DNA of 38,554 nt, taken from contig CAZCEN010000003.1 in the NCBI GenBank assembly GCA_964497205.1, forward strand, positions 1 through 38,554, given 5' to 3'. The notes under the pieces were generated by a model. The model saw only the letters and a list, made by a program, of their open reading frames with translations, did no database searches and had not been told where the DNA came from. The stretch comes from an uncultured Sporomusaceae bacterium (GTDB lineage Bacteria; Bacillota; Negativicutes; Sporomusales; Sporomusaceae). Below are positions 19,002 to 30,988 of this stretch, piece by piece (position 1 is the stretch's first letter; every line of letters starts with the position of its first letter). A program made the translations under genes and the position numbers.

Positions 19002-21167
19002 TTGCCTAAATGGTTGACCCATTTAACTCCTGAATTAAGGCATGAATTATTTGGTATTACTATGGTAACCGGTGGGCTGTTAGCATTCATTAGCATATTA
19101 GGTTTAAATGTCGGTCCATTAGGGCTATTTATTGCTAAAATGCTCAAATATACGTTCGGAATAGGTGCATTTGTCGTACCTTTAGTATTATTTATTGTCG
19201 GCCTAAAATATATTGTCGCAAAAAATTCAATTTCTTACACAATCAAATTTTGGGGCTTATTATTGCTATATTTTGTGACTTTAGCTATTTATCATCATAT
19301 TAAAATTCCTGTAGGCCAAGAAATACTGCCTGATAGCTTAGTTTCCGGCGGTGGATTTACCGGAGGTATGATACTTTTTTCCTTACGTAAACTATTGGGA
19401 GTACATGGTTCAATTATTGTACTTTCTGCGTTAGTGCTTTGCTCCATTATTATGACTACCAAGTGGTCATTAGCTGAAACACTAGTAACTGCTAAAGATA
19501 GGGCAGTTGAGAGTTTAGCTTCGGCTAAGGAAGCTATAGCGGCCTCGGCGGAAAACGTTTTTTCTGATCAAGAGGAACCGCCAGGTCAGCCTAAATTCTA
19601 CGATCAGCAAAGGGATAACCGGCCTGAATTTGACCTGTGTCCCCCAAAAAAAGAAAACCCTAAGCCTAAAGATGAATACAGTATTCCCAAGGCGCAGTCT
19701 GAGCAGGTTTCATTTGCAGTTGATAAGTCTTCGGCTTCCACAAATAACGAGTACGGCTTACCTCCTGTTTCAATTTTGAAAAAGCCTAATCGTCCACGCC
19801 TCAATAAAGTACCTAAAGAAGTTACTGATAATGCACGTATATTAGAACAAACCCTGGACAGTTTTGGCGTCAGCGCCCGGGTCATAAATACTTGCCAAGG
19901 GCCTACTGTTACCCGGTATGAACTTGAGCCGGCACCCGGTGTAAAAGTAAGTAAGATAGTTAACCTAGCGGATGATTTAGCACTAAAGCTGGCCTCATCA
20001 GGAGTCCGCATTGAAGCGCCTATTCCCGGCAAAGCCGCTATCGGAATTGAAGTGCCTAATAAAGAACTATCAGGTGTTGCTTTGCGAGAAGTGCTAGAAA
20101 CAGATGAATTTCAGCGATCCTCTTCCGGATTGACGGTAGGTTTAGGAAAGGATATTGCAGGTCAGCCAATTGTTGCTGATTTGGCAAAGATGCCGCACTT
20201 ATTAGTTGCGGGCGCAACTGGTTCTGGCAAAAGTGTTTGTATCAATACGTTAATAACAAGTATTCTGTTTAAATCTCGTCCCGACCAAGTGAAATTAGTG
20301 CTCATTGACCCTAAGATGGTGGAGTTGTCAAATTACAATGGCATACCACATCTATTAACTCCGGTAGTAACTGACTCAAAGAAGGCAGCATCAGCTCTAA
20401 ATTGGTCTGTACAGGAAATGGAACGCCGTTATGAAATTTTTGCGACTTCAGGAGTACGTGATATTGCCCGCTATAATGAACTTCACCCGGAAGGGCAGTT
20501 GCCACTAATTTTAATAATTATTGACGAGCTTGCCGATTTGATGATGGTTGCCCCAGTTGACGTAGAGGATGCTATTTGCCGGTTAGCTCAAAAAGCAAGA
20601 GCAGCCGGATTACATTTGGTGCTTGCAACGCAACGTCCCTCCGTAGATGTTATTACTGGTACTATTAAGGCTAATGTACCTTCACGGATCTCTTTTGCTG
20701 TTTCATCTCAGGTCGATTCGCGAACAATTCTGGATATGCCCGGAGCCGAAAAACTTTTAGGAAAAGGCGATATGCTATTTTACCCTGTAGGGGCTTCAAA
20801 ACCAATAAGGATACAGGGGGCCTTTATCGGGGATAGCGAAGTGGAAGATCTGGTATCTTACATTAAGGAACAAGCAGAACCTGAATATAACGAGGGCATA
20901 ACCACTGTTGAAACAGGCAGTTCCAGTAAAGAGGAACCGGCTCACTTTGAAGATGAGCTTCTTGAAGAAGCTGTCTCTATGGTGCTCGAAACGGGGCAGG
21001 CCTCGGTATCCATGTTGCAGCGCAAATTTCGTATCGGCTATACACGTGCCGCAAGACTCATTGATACAATGGAAGAGATGAAGATTGTGGGACCCAATCT
21101 TGGCAGTAAAGCACGAGAAATTATCATGACATCAGAACAAGTTTATTCAAGATATTTTAAGAAATAA
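19002..21167 (+). CDS. spoIIIE: DNA translocase FtsK/SpoIIIE
   Basis: N-terminal TM domain, [32 protein letters not shown], gamma domain [11 protein letters not shown]. Confidence 0.96.
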   Translation: MPKWLTHLTPELRHELFGITMVTGGLLAFISILGLNVGPLGLFIAKMLKYTFGIGAFVVPLVLFIVGLKYIVAKNSISYTIKFWGLLLLYFVTLAIYHHIKIPVGQEILPDSLVSGGGFTGGMILFSLRKLLGVHGSIIVLSALVLCSIIMTTKWSLAETLVTAKDRAVESLASAKEAIAASAENVFSDQEEPPGQPKFYDQQRDNRPEFDLCPPKKENPKPKDEYSIPKAQSEQVSFAVDKSSASTNNEYGLPPVSILKKPNRPRLNKVPKEVTDNARILEQTLDSFGVSARVINTCQGPTVTRYELEPAPGVKVSKIVNLADDLALKLASSGVRIEAPIPGKAAIGIEVPNKELSGVALREVLETDEFQRSSSGLTVGLGKDIAGQPIVADLAKMPHLLVAGATGSGKSVCINTLITSILFKSRPDQVKLVLIDPKMVELSNYNGIPHLLTPVVTDSKKAASALNWSVQEMERRYEIFATSGVRDIARYNELHPEGQLPLILIIIDELADLMMVAPVDVEDAICRLAQKARAAGLHLVLATQRPSVDVITGTIKANVPSRISFAVSSQVDSRTILDMPGAEKLLGKGDMLFYPVGASKPIRIQGAFIGDSEVEDLVSYIKEQAEPEYNEGITTVETGSSSKEEPAHFEDELLEEAVSMVLETGQASVSMLQRKFRIGYTRAARLIDTMEEMKIVGPNLGSKAREIIMTSEQVYSRYFKK

Positions 21168-21225
21168 CTCTCTTTTTATGCTTATCGCATTTGGGGACAG
21201 GGTAGAATAGTAGTGGTGATTAAAT

Positions 21226-22269
21226 TTGCATAGTATTATAAGAGTAGAAGAGGCCGTAACCCTTGATAATCCGGTCTTTATAGATGTGCGTTCCCCTGTT
21301 GAGTATGAAGTGGGGCACATTCCTAATGCCGTAAATATTCCGTTATTCGAAAATAGCGAAAGAGTTGAGGTTGGTACAACTTATAAGCAAGTTGGAGCCG
21401 AAGAGGCAAAAGAGCTAGGATTAGCTTATGTTTCAGCAAAATTGCCAAGTATAGTGGGGCAAATTCGCCAGTTTTATAAAAGCGGACAAAAAGTTGTAGT
21501 GTATTGCTGGCGAGGAGGAATGCGCTCTAAATCCATAGTAAGCGTACTCGAAATGATGGGGATTTCTGCTTCACAACTATTAGGTGGCTACAAAGCGTAT
21601 CGTCAATACCTTTTAACTAAACTGAAAGATTTTAAATTCAAGCCGCAAGTAATAGTCCTTTGCGGTTCAACGGGAACTGGGAAGACCGCAATTTTAAAAA
21701 AATTGGCGAATCGGGACATTCCCGTAATCGACCTGGAAAACCTGGCTAATCACCGGGGATCGGTTTTTGGCCAGATCGGATTAGGTAAGCCGGCGACTGC
21801 GCAAAATTTTGACGCTGATTTACTAACCGCGTTTGAAAAGCTAAACAATAAGCCTTATATCGTGGTTGAGTGCGAAAGTAAACGTATAGGCAACGTATAT
21901 CTACCAGATTGTTTGTTTGCTGCTATGAAGCAAGGTAAAAAAATATTGATATCTACTGATATAGAAGTAAGAGTAGAACGGTTGATTGAAGAATATTTGG
22001 ATATATATAACGATAATTGGCAAGCAATAGCTGCCAGCATAGAATCGTTGCGCAGACGCCTTGGCAATAAAAAGACAGACCAACTATTGACTGATTTTAA
22101 CGAGGGTAAAATACAAGAAATTGTAAGAACACTTCTTATAGACTACTACGATCCAATGTACGGGTACGAAAAATCAGACATAGATAGTTACGATTTATGG
22201 GTAAAGGCTGATGACATGGAGCAAGCGACTGAAAAAATAGTCCAATACTTACAACAGTTGGGGAGGTAG
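21226..22269 (+). CDS. selU: tRNA 2-selenouridine synthase
   Basis: Rhodanese domain IDVRSPVEY/YCWRGGMRS, P-loop GSTGTGKT, LANHRGS, ESKRIG, YYDPMY. Confidence 0.92.
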   Translation: MHSIIRVEEAVTLDNPVFIDVRSPVEYEVGHIPNAVNIPLFENSERVEVGTTYKQVGAEEAKELGLAYVSAKLPSIVGQIRQFYKSGQKVVVYCWRGGMRSKSIVSVLEMMGISASQLLGGYKAYRQYLLTKLKDFKFKPQVIVLCGSTGTGKTAILKKLANRDIPVIDLENLANHRGSVFGQIGLGKPATAQNFDADLLTAFEKLNNKPYIVVECESKRIGNVYLPDCLFAAMKQGKKILISTDIEVRVERLIEEYLDIYNDNWQAIAASIESLRRRLGNKKTDQLLTDFNEGKIQEIVRTLLIDYYDPMYGYEKSDIDSYDLWVKADDMEQATEKIVQYLQQLGR

Positions 22270-22274
22270 TTGTT

Positions 22275-23036
22275 TTGCAAACAGTAGGAGAACTTTTACG
22301 CGCCGAACGTTTAAAAAAAGACCTATCAATTAAAGATGTTGAAAGTGCTATAAGTATTAGAGGGTTGTATCTTAATGCTATCGAGGAAGGAAACTACGGG
22401 ATTATCCCTGGTGAAGTGTATTTAAAGGGATTTATCCGTAACTATGCTACTTTTTTAGGTCTTGACGCGCAACAAGTAATGGATATATATCGTCAAAGTA
22501 AAACGCAGGCAACAGAAGATGCTCCACCACCCGCAATCCAGGAAGAACCTGCTGTAGAAACTTCTCAAAAGAGTGGTAACACTTTGAAATGGCTTGGAGT
22601 TGTAGTTGTTGCTGCCGGCGTAGTAGCCGGAGTAGTTTGGTGGTCAAACGGAAGTGAAAACCCAGTTCCTGTACCACCGCAATCGGCCGCCCCTCAGCAA
22701 CCGGAACAGTCTAAGCAACCACAGCAGCAGCAGCCCCCCCAGCAAACTCCAGCTAATCAATCTGTGGCACCAACAAAAACAGCAAATAAAGTAGTAGTAA
22801 CAGCAAAATATAATTCCCAATGTTGGACACAAATAATAGCAGATGGTAAAGAGGTATATGAAGGAACTCCTAAAAGTGGCGAATCATTGACTTGGGAAGC
22901 ATCCAATAAGCTGGTCGCTAAATTTGGTAATGCGGGTGCTGTTGATCTAACGTACAATAGTAGTCCAGTTGGAAAAATCGGCGGAAATGGAGACGTTGTT
23001 GTCAAAACATTTACGTTGACAGGTGTTGCACAATAG
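22275..23036 (+). CDS. rodZ: RodZ/YmfM cytoskeleton protein
   Basis: HTH (YLKGFIRNYATFLGL), TM segment, P/Q-rich linker, C-terminal GNAGAV domain. Confidence 0.9.
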   Translation: MQTVGELLRAERLKKDLSIKDVESAISIRGLYLNAIEEGNYGIIPGEVYLKGFIRNYATFLGLDAQQVMDIYRQSKTQATEDAPPPAIQEEPAVETSQKSGNTLKWLGVVVVAAGVVAGVVWWSNGSENPVPVPPQSAAPQQPEQSKQPQQQQPPQQTPANQSVAPTKTANKVVVTAKYNSQCWTQIIADGKEVYEGTPKSGESLTWEASNKLVAKFGNAGAVDLTYNSSPVGKIGGNGDVVVKTFTLTGVAQ

Positions 23037-23063
23037 TAATAGGAATGAGGTTAATCTACCGCT

Positions 23064-24962
23064 ATGACAAATTTTTTACCAATGACTAAGGACGATATGT
23101 CCAAACGGGGCTGGGATCAACTGGACTTTTTATTTGTGAGTGGGGATGCATATGTTGATCATCCTAGTTTTGGACCAGCTATTATCTGCAGGCTATTGGA
23201 AAAATGGGGTTACAAGGTAGGAATAATTGCTCAGCCGGATTGGCGATCAACAAATGATTTCAAGCGTTTGGGAAAGCCTAAACTTGGAATTTTAGTATCA
23301 GCTGGCAATTTAGATTCCATGCTCAATAAATATACAGCGGCAAAAAAATATCGCAGTACCGATAATTATTCGCCCGGTGGCCAAGCGGGACTTAGGCCAG
23401 AACGGGCGACAATTGTTTATTGCAATCGTATCCGGGAGATTTGGAAACATACTCCGCTTATTATTGGCGGAATTGAAGCCAGCTTGAGGCGGTTTGCCCA
23501 CTATGATTATTGGTCAGACAGTATACGCCGCTCAATTTTAGTTGATAGCAGGGCCGATTTGCTGATTTATGGTATGGGTGAAAGACAAATTAAAGAAGTA
23601 GTCACACAATTAGCGGCCGGCATTAGTATTCAAAATATCCGAGATATAGCCGGAACGTGCTATCGTACCGAAACGCTAGAGCATCTCTGGGATTATATCG
23701 AAATACCAAGTTACCAAGATGTTGTTAATAGTAAAAAAGATTTTGCAAATGCGTTTAAGTTTCAATATCTAGAACAGGATCCTATCCGGGGTAAAATTTT
23801 GGTACAAGGTCATGGTGAGCAGTTTGTAGTACAGAATCAGCCCGCTATGCCGCTTACTACTCCGGAGATGGATGAAATATATGATTTGCCGTATCAAAGA
23901 ACATATCACCCTTCGTACATAGAGGCCGGTGGTATTCCGGCTATACAAGAAGTTAAATTTAGTATCGTTAGCCATCGCGGCTGCTATGGCAGTTGTTCTT
24001 TCTGCGCCCTATATGCGCATCAAGGCCGGATAATCCAGGCAAGAAGTACAGAGTCTATATTGCGTGAGGCTCAAGAAATTGTTAAAATGCCAGATTTTAA
24101 AGGATACATTCATGATGTAGGTGGTCCTACCGCTAATTTTCGTCAGCCCGCCTGTGAGCATCAGATGGATCGAGGAACCTGTCGAGGCAAACAATGCTTA
24201 TTTCCTAATGCCTGCAAAAGCTTAAATACGAATCATACTGAATATTTACAACTGCTGAGGGCAATCAGAAAAATTCCGGGAGTAAAGAAAGTGTTTGTCC
24301 GTTCAGGATTGCGGTATGACTATTTGATGGCTGCGAACGATATGGAATTTTTGCGTGAACTCTGTGAACATCATGTCAGTGGTCAGTTAAAAGTAGCCCC
24401 TGAACATATCTCTCCCAAGGTCACAAAATTAATGGGAAAAGCCGGAAAAGAAACCTATATGCAGTTTAAAAAAGCCTATGAAAAAGTTAATAAAGAATTG
24501 GGGAAAGAGCAATATCTAGTTCCTTACTTTATGTCCAGTCATCCTGGCTCTGGGCTTAAAGAAGCCATTGAAATGGCTGAATTTCTGCGGGATACCGGTT
24601 ATAATCCCGAGCAAGTTCAAGATTTTATTCCTACCCCTGGCAGCCTTTCAACTTGTATGTATTATACGGGTGTTAATCCACTAACAGAAGAGAAGGTATA
24701 TGTTGCCAAAACTCCACATGATAAGCGATTACAAAGAGCATTGCTGCAGTATCGGAATCCTAAGAATTACGAGTTAGTGCAGGAAGCGCTTGTCAAAGCT
24801 GGCCGGCAAGATTTAATCGGATATGAAGCGAAATGCTTAATCCGACCTCCGCGGAACAAGCAAAACATTGCTGTGGCACAGCCTGAAAAGGTAAACAAAA
24901 AACGGCGTTTGGCTCCGTCCAGAACCCAACATAATAAAACAAAGCAGACTAGAAAAATCTAG
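23064..24962 (+). CDS. YgiQ family radical SAM protein
   Basis: [19 protein letters not shown] (CxxxCxxC), [23 protein letters not shown]. Confidence 0.93.
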   Translation: MTNFLPMTKDDMSKRGWDQLDFLFVSGDAYVDHPSFGPAIICRLLEKWGYKVGIIAQPDWRSTNDFKRLGKPKLGILVSAGNLDSMLNKYTAAKKYRSTDNYSPGGQAGLRPERATIVYCNRIREIWKHTPLIIGGIEASLRRFAHYDYWSDSIRRSILVDSRADLLIYGMGERQIKEVVTQLAAGISIQNIRDIAGTCYRTETLEHLWDYIEIPSYQDVVNSKKDFANAFKFQYLEQDPIRGKILVQGHGEQFVVQNQPAMPLTTPEMDEIYDLPYQRTYHPSYIEAGGIPAIQEVKFSIVSHRGCYGSCSFCALYAHQGRIIQARSTESILREAQEIVKMPDFKGYIHDVGGPTANFRQPACEHQMDRGTCRGKQCLFPNACKSLNTNHTEYLQLLRAIRKIPGVKKVFVRSGLRYDYLMAANDMEFLRELCEHHVSGQLKVAPEHISPKVTKLMGKAGKETYMQFKKAYEKVNKELGKEQYLVPYFMSSHPGSGLKEAIEMAEFLRDTGYNPEQVQDFIPTPGSLSTCMYYTGVNPLTEEKVYVAKTPHDKRLQRALLQYRNPKNYELVQEALVKAGRQDLIGYEAKCLIRPPRNKQNIAVAQPEKVNKKRRLAPSRTQHNKTKQTRKI

Positions 24963-24974
24963 TCTGCTTTGTTT
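24937..24974. terminator. 17-bp perfect inverted repeat over both convergent stop codons (possible bidirectional terminator)
   Basis: AAACAAAGCAGACTAGA-AAAA-TCTAGTCTGCTTTGTTT. Confidence 0.7.
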
Positions 24975-25351
24975 ATTAAGCCAAATGCGCGGCGGCAATC
25001 GTCAGATAAAAGATATATGGCAATTAGTCCATGGGGGACAACCGTTAAAACACCCATAGTCATATTGTAACCAAACATGACTATAAATCCGATGACTACA
25101 AATATTATGGATAGGACTAATTCAAATAAACGTGCCCAACGTTTGAGTTTCAGTAAGCCCCAGGCTGGAACCGCGTACAAGAGCAGCGCGGCCAGAGAAT
25201 TGAAAGTAGCAGTTGTGTCATTATGTATAAATCCATCGTAAATGCCAAACGCATAACCAATAGCTACTAAGAGTAAAAAACCAATGATAATCAATAATCG
25301 TAAGGTCAAATCCGGATGGAGAAAAGACCAAAAAGAAAGCTTATCTTGCAA
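24959..25351 (-). CDS. Hypothetical 4-TM membrane protein
   Basis: Four hydrophobic helices; SD AAAGGAG favours TTG at 25351; only minus-strand gene in the window. Confidence 0.75.
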   Translation of the reverse strand: MQDKLSFWSFLHPDLTLRLLIIIGFLLLVAIGYAFGIYDGFIHNDTTATFNSLAALLLYAVPAWGLLKLKRWARLFELVLSIIFVVIGFIVMFGYNMTMGVLTVVPHGLIAIYLLSDDCRRAFGLINKAD

Positions 25352-25557
25352 GGTAACAACTCCTTTCATAGTATTTTAATTCTATCATACAACGACCTTT
25401 TTTAAAATCAATTACTTTTCGGGCCTGGCGGAATCGGTTTAAAATAACTGTATTATGTGTAAAAGGAATTTAAGGCTTGCATAAAGAATAAATAAAGGGT
25501 ATAGTATATATGTTTGCCTTATCTGTCAATTTAAGTGAACTAGGAAGCGGAGGCAAT

Positions 25558-26589
25558 ATGAGACGTTATTTACCATTACTTTGGATATCGTTTTTTTTGG
25601 TTATCCTGACAATTACTGGTACTACTTATTTAGTAGGTTATGCCGGCAAAGATAATAAAAATGCACTAACCAGTATTAATGTTTATACAACGTTGCCAGT
25701 TGAAGAGGTAGCTGTATTAGCGCAAGAATATGAGAAAAGTGCTAAAGTTAAGGTGAATATAACTCCTCTTAACGAAAAGGAGTTATTTAATCGCTTAATT
25801 GATGAGGCGGCCAGCCCTCAGGCAGACCTTATTCTTACTAATCGTAGAATGCTGAAGCAAGCTCGAAATAGTGCATTATTGATACCGTACCAATCGGAGT
25901 ATACTGACATAATACCGAGCAAGTTCCAGGACACAGACGGTTATTGGGTTGGCATTTGGTACGATCCTGTAGTTTTCGCAGTAAATCAAGATTATTTTAA
26001 TTCGGTTACTAAAAAACCGGCAAAATGGTCCGACTTGTCGACGGATACCAATTTGAGATTGGGTATGACTGATTTTATTGCAGCGGATGCAGCCGCAAAT
26101 CTTTTATATACTTTAGTTGCCGCTAATGGTGAAGAGCAGACTTTAAACTTTCTAAAAAAACTTCATCCGCATATTGTTCAATATGCAAAATTTTTAGCGA
26201 CACCAGCTCGGATGGCGAGCATGGGAGAAGTAGATATTGCTGTTGCTGTACAGAGTGAAACTATGCGCTATGTAAAAGATGGTTTCCCGGTAAAAATTAT
26301 CTATCCTGAGGATGGCACTGCTTATTTATTGACAGGAACGGGGCTAATCAGAGGCGCTGCTCATGCTACTGAAGCCAAGCGTTTTATAGATTGGCTTACC
26401 CAGGCTGAACCTCAGACCATAATGGCTCAGCACAAATTCTATTTTTTACCGACTAATCCGGAACTACGAACAAATCTGGATAATTCCGCAAAAAATATAA
26501 AGTTATTAGATCATCATGATATGTATACTATAGAACAGCAACGCAAATTACTTGATAAATGGGTTCAAGCCCGGCTTGGAATAAACTAG
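25558..26589 (+). CDS. ABC transporter substrate-binding protein (Fe3+/thiamine/2-AEP-like class)
   Basis: INVYTT, PQADL, PAKWSDL, GEVDIAV, IIYPEDGT, EAKRFIDWL; ATG 25558 after GGAGG. Confidence 0.8.
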   Translation: MRRYLPLLWISFFLVILTITGTTYLVGYAGKDNKNALTSINVYTTLPVEEVAVLAQEYEKSAKVKVNITPLNEKELFNRLIDEAASPQADLILTNRRMLKQARNSALLIPYQSEYTDIIPSKFQDTDGYWVGIWYDPVVFAVNQDYFNSVTKKPAKWSDLSTDTNLRLGMTDFIAADAAANLLYTLVAANGEEQTLNFLKKLHPHIVQYAKFLATPARMASMGEVDIAVAVQSETMRYVKDGFPVKIIYPEDGTAYLLTGTGLIRGAAHATEAKRFIDWLTQAEPQTIMAQHKFYFLPTNPELRTNLDNSAKNIKLLDHHDMYTIEQQRKLLDKWVQARLGIN

Positions 26590-26599
26590 GAGGACAATA

Positions 26600-27934
26600 A
26601 TGCTTAAAGCGGGATTTATTAGTTTGGGATGCGCCAAAAATCTGGTAGATACTGAAATAATGCTAGGAATTTTGGCCGACAATGATATTGTAATTACAGA
26701 TAACCCTCAAGATGCCGATATATTAATTGTTAATACCTGTGGCTTTATCGATTCGGCCAAAGAAGAATCGATATCAACTATCATGCAGATGGCTGAGTTT
26801 AAACAGGAAGGCAAATGTCGTGGTATTATTGTTGCCGGATGTCTTGGTCAGCGTTACCAACAGGAGCTATTAGATGAATTGCATGAAGTATCGGCTATTG
26901 TGGGTACCGGTGCATGGCATAGGATTATGGAAGCCGTTAACGCAGTTTTGGCTGGTGAACGTGTCTTGCTCATTGGTGATCTAGACACTATTTATGATGA
27001 GAACATGAGCCGGATTACTACTACTCCCTCCTATAGTGCTTATGTAAAAATAGCGGAAGGATGCAGCAATTGTTGTTCCTATTGTGTAATTCCCTTAGTA
27101 CGCGGAAAGTATCGGAGCCGTACAATTGAATCGATTGTTAATGAGGTAAAACAACTTACCGAGAAGGGTGTAAAAGAAATAAACCTTATTGCGCAAGATA
27201 CAACTAGTTTTGGTCGCGATCAAAATGAAGAGCCGCAACTAACTACATTACTCAAAGAGTTGGTAAAAATTGAAGGAGTTGCATGGATCCGCCTTCTCTA
27301 TTGTTATCCGAAGTATTTTACTGATGAACTGATCGAACTCATTGCTAAGGAACCTAGGATCTGCAAATATATTGATTTACCTCTACAGCATGCGGATGAT
27401 GAGATATTGTCGGCTATGAATCGCCGTGATACGCGAGTTGATATTGAAAAGTTGCTAAACAAGATCCGCTCTTCCATTCCCGGGGTAGTTATTCGTACTT
27501 CCTTTATAGTTGGCTTCCCAGGTGAGACAGATACTCATTTTGAATCATTAAAACAATTTATGATGGAACAGAAATTTGAGCGTGTTGGTGTGTTTACCTA
27601 CTCGCAAGAAGAAGATACTCCTGCGGGAAAATCTGAGCAACAAATACCTGACGATATCAAAGAAGAGCGATATCATGAATTGATGGCTTTACAGTGCCGG
27701 ATATCTGAAGAATTGAATCATGCTATGGAAGGTAAAGCACTAACAATACTAATTGAAGGTCATAATGAAGAACAGCCTGACGTAGCATTTGGCAGGTCTT
27801 ATCGTGAAGCTCCTGATGTGGATGGTCGCATTTTTGTAGAAAACGCAGCAGGTCTAGTTCCGGGAGATATGGTTCAAGCAGAGATTGTACAAGGATTTAC
27901 TTATGATTTATTGGCTGAGAGAAAGCTAGACTAG
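26600..27934 (+). CDS. rimO: Ribosomal protein S12 methylthiotransferase
   Basis: SLGCAKNLVD, NTCGFI, KIAEGCSNCCSYC, APDVDG, TRAM domain. Confidence 0.96.
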   Translation: MLKAGFISLGCAKNLVDTEIMLGILADNDIVITDNPQDADILIVNTCGFIDSAKEESISTIMQMAEFKQEGKCRGIIVAGCLGQRYQQELLDELHEVSAIVGTGAWHRIMEAVNAVLAGERVLLIGDLDTIYDENMSRITTTPSYSAYVKIAEGCSNCCSYCVIPLVRGKYRSRTIESIVNEVKQLTEKGVKEINLIAQDTTSFGRDQNEEPQLTTLLKELVKIEGVAWIRLLYCYPKYFTDELIELIAKEPRICKYIDLPLQHADDEILSAMNRRDTRVDIEKLLNKIRSSIPGVVIRTSFIVGFPGETDTHFESLKQFMMEQKFERVGVFTYSQEEDTPAGKSEQQIPDDIKEERYHELMALQCRISEELNHAMEGKALTILIEGHNEEQPDVAFGRSYREAPDVDGRIFVENAAGLVPGDMVQAEIVQGFTYDLLAERKLD

Positions 27935-27959
27935 CTGCATAATAATATAATGCTAGCTT

Positions 27960-27994
27960 AAAATAGTAGAGGCTGCCAAGCTCTGCTATTTTTT
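27960..27994 (+). terminator. Probable terminator after rimO
   Basis: AAAATAGTAGAG...CTCTGCTATTTTTT. Confidence 0.65.
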
Positions 27995-28056
27995 GTTAAA
28001 TCATAAAGGAATTGCCAATTTGTGCGCGAATGCAATTAGTGTTAGGAGGGAATGAG

Positions 28057-29304
28057 ATGATTGTTGAATTAGTAAGCACAGGAACTGAATTGCTTTTAGG
28101 CCAAATAGTAAATACTAACGCGCCTTTCTTAGCTGCCAGTTTAAATGAACTTGGTTTTAGCGTATTATATCAGACAACTGTCGGAGATAACCGGGAAAGA
28201 ATGCGTAATGTTTTCACAGCAGCGCTAGAACGAGCTGATATTGTTATAACTAGTGGAGGATTGGGGCCAACCCAAGGCGATATCACTAAAGAAGTAACCG
28301 CTTCCTTGCTTGAGAGAAAAATGTATTTGCATCAAGCAAGCGCAGAGCGGATAGAAAAGTATTTTGCTGAAAGACATCTTTGCATGCCGGATAATAATTT
28401 ACGGCAAGCGATGATGCCTGAAGGGGCGAAAATTGTTGATAATACTTGCGGTACAGCACCGGGCGTTATAGTTGAAGAAGAGTCAACAGGGAAAATAATT
28501 ATAAATTTGCCTGGACCGCCTCACGAATTATCAGCTATGTTTAAGATATCGATTGTTCCTTATTTAATAGAACGTTTTGGTATTCAGGGATCTATCGTAT
28601 CAAGAGTTCTTCGTACCTATGGAATCGGCGAATCATCATTAGAGGAAAGAATAAAAAAATATATTTTAGCCCAATCCAATCCTACGCTAGCGTTATTAGC
28701 TAGAAATGGTGAGATTCACGTGCGAATTACTGCAAGAGCAGAGAATGAGGCGGAGGCTTTAAACCTAATTGATGCTCTTGAAAATAAAATTCGTCCCGAG
28801 CTTGACGAATATGTTTTTGGAACAGATGAAGAGACTTTAGAAATGGTTGTTGGCAATTTATTATTGAATAAAAATTTGTCAATAGCGTTGGCCGAATCTT
28901 GTACAGGTGGTCTCGTTACCAGCCTTATTACCGATGTTGCTGGTAGTTCAGGCTATTTGACAGGTTCAATCGTGTGTTATAGTAATTCTGTCAAAATAGA
29001 ACAAGTAGGTGTTCCAGAAAATACAATCGCCGTAAAAGGAGCTGTAAGTCGCGAAACCGCTGAATTTATGGCGCGAGGCATCAGGGAGAAATTCCAGACG
29101 GGTATTGGCCTGTCCGTTACGGGGATTGCCGGCCCGGGCGGAGCGACCGCCGATAAACCTGTTGGGCTTGTTTATATTGCTATTGACGGTCCTGCCGGAC
29201 TTACGTGTTTTGAACACCATTTTAATGGAACACGTACGAATATAAAACATCGGACGGCTTTAGCGGCCCTAAATCATTTGAGAAAATATTTGCTTAGTAT
29301 ATAG
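28057..29304 (+). CDS. cinA: Competence/damage-inducible protein CinA (NMN deamidase)
   Basis: GTELLLGQIVNTN, GGLGPTQGDIT, AESCTGG, TGIAGPGG; start moved to ATG 28057. Confidence 0.95.
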   Translation: MIVELVSTGTELLLGQIVNTNAPFLAASLNELGFSVLYQTTVGDNRERMRNVFTAALERADIVITSGGLGPTQGDITKEVTASLLERKMYLHQASAERIEKYFAERHLCMPDNNLRQAMMPEGAKIVDNTCGTAPGVIVEEESTGKIIINLPGPPHELSAMFKISIVPYLIERFGIQGSIVSRVLRTYGIGESSLEERIKKYILAQSNPTLALLARNGEIHVRITARAENEAEALNLIDALENKIRPELDEYVFGTDEETLEMVVGNLLLNKNLSIALAESCTGGLVTSLITDVAGSSGYLTGSIVCYSNSVKIEQVGVPENTIAVKGAVSRETAEFMARGIREKFQTGIGLSVTGIAGPGGATADKPVGLVYIAIDGPAGLTCFEHHFNGTRTNIKHRTALAALNHLRKYLLSI

Positions 29305-29317
29305 GAGGTTGTTATAT

Positions 29318-30895
<1,578 letters not shown>

Positions 30896-30929
30896 TAATT
30901 TTAGATAATTACCTCACTGTGCAATATTA

Positions 30930-30958
30930 TTGACAAAACGAACAGATGTTTGTATACT
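30930..30958 (+). promoter_or_regulatory. recA SigA promoter with LexA (Cheo) box
   Basis: TTGACA, 17 nt, TATACT; spacer holds CGAACAGATGTTTG (30939-30952), matching Firmicute CGAACRNRYGTTYG. Confidence 0.9.
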
Positions 30959-30988
30959 GTTATTATAGTTGTCGGGGGAGGTTTATGC

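Noticed and set aside
21226-22269. Selenocysteine read-through in nearby genes, suggested by selU
   Set aside because: No gene appears broken by an in-frame TGA; proteins ending in TGA look full length
22660-22770. P/Q-rich CAG-containing stretch in rodZ as a contingency repeat
   Set aside because: Imperfect low-complexity linker typical of RodZ, with no pure tandem tract
30950-30988. Longer N-termini given by the ORF track for recA, cinA, dapA, GH18, SBP, asd and ymxH
   Set aside because: The extensions run through promoters or SD sequences; downstream starts have properly spaced SDs
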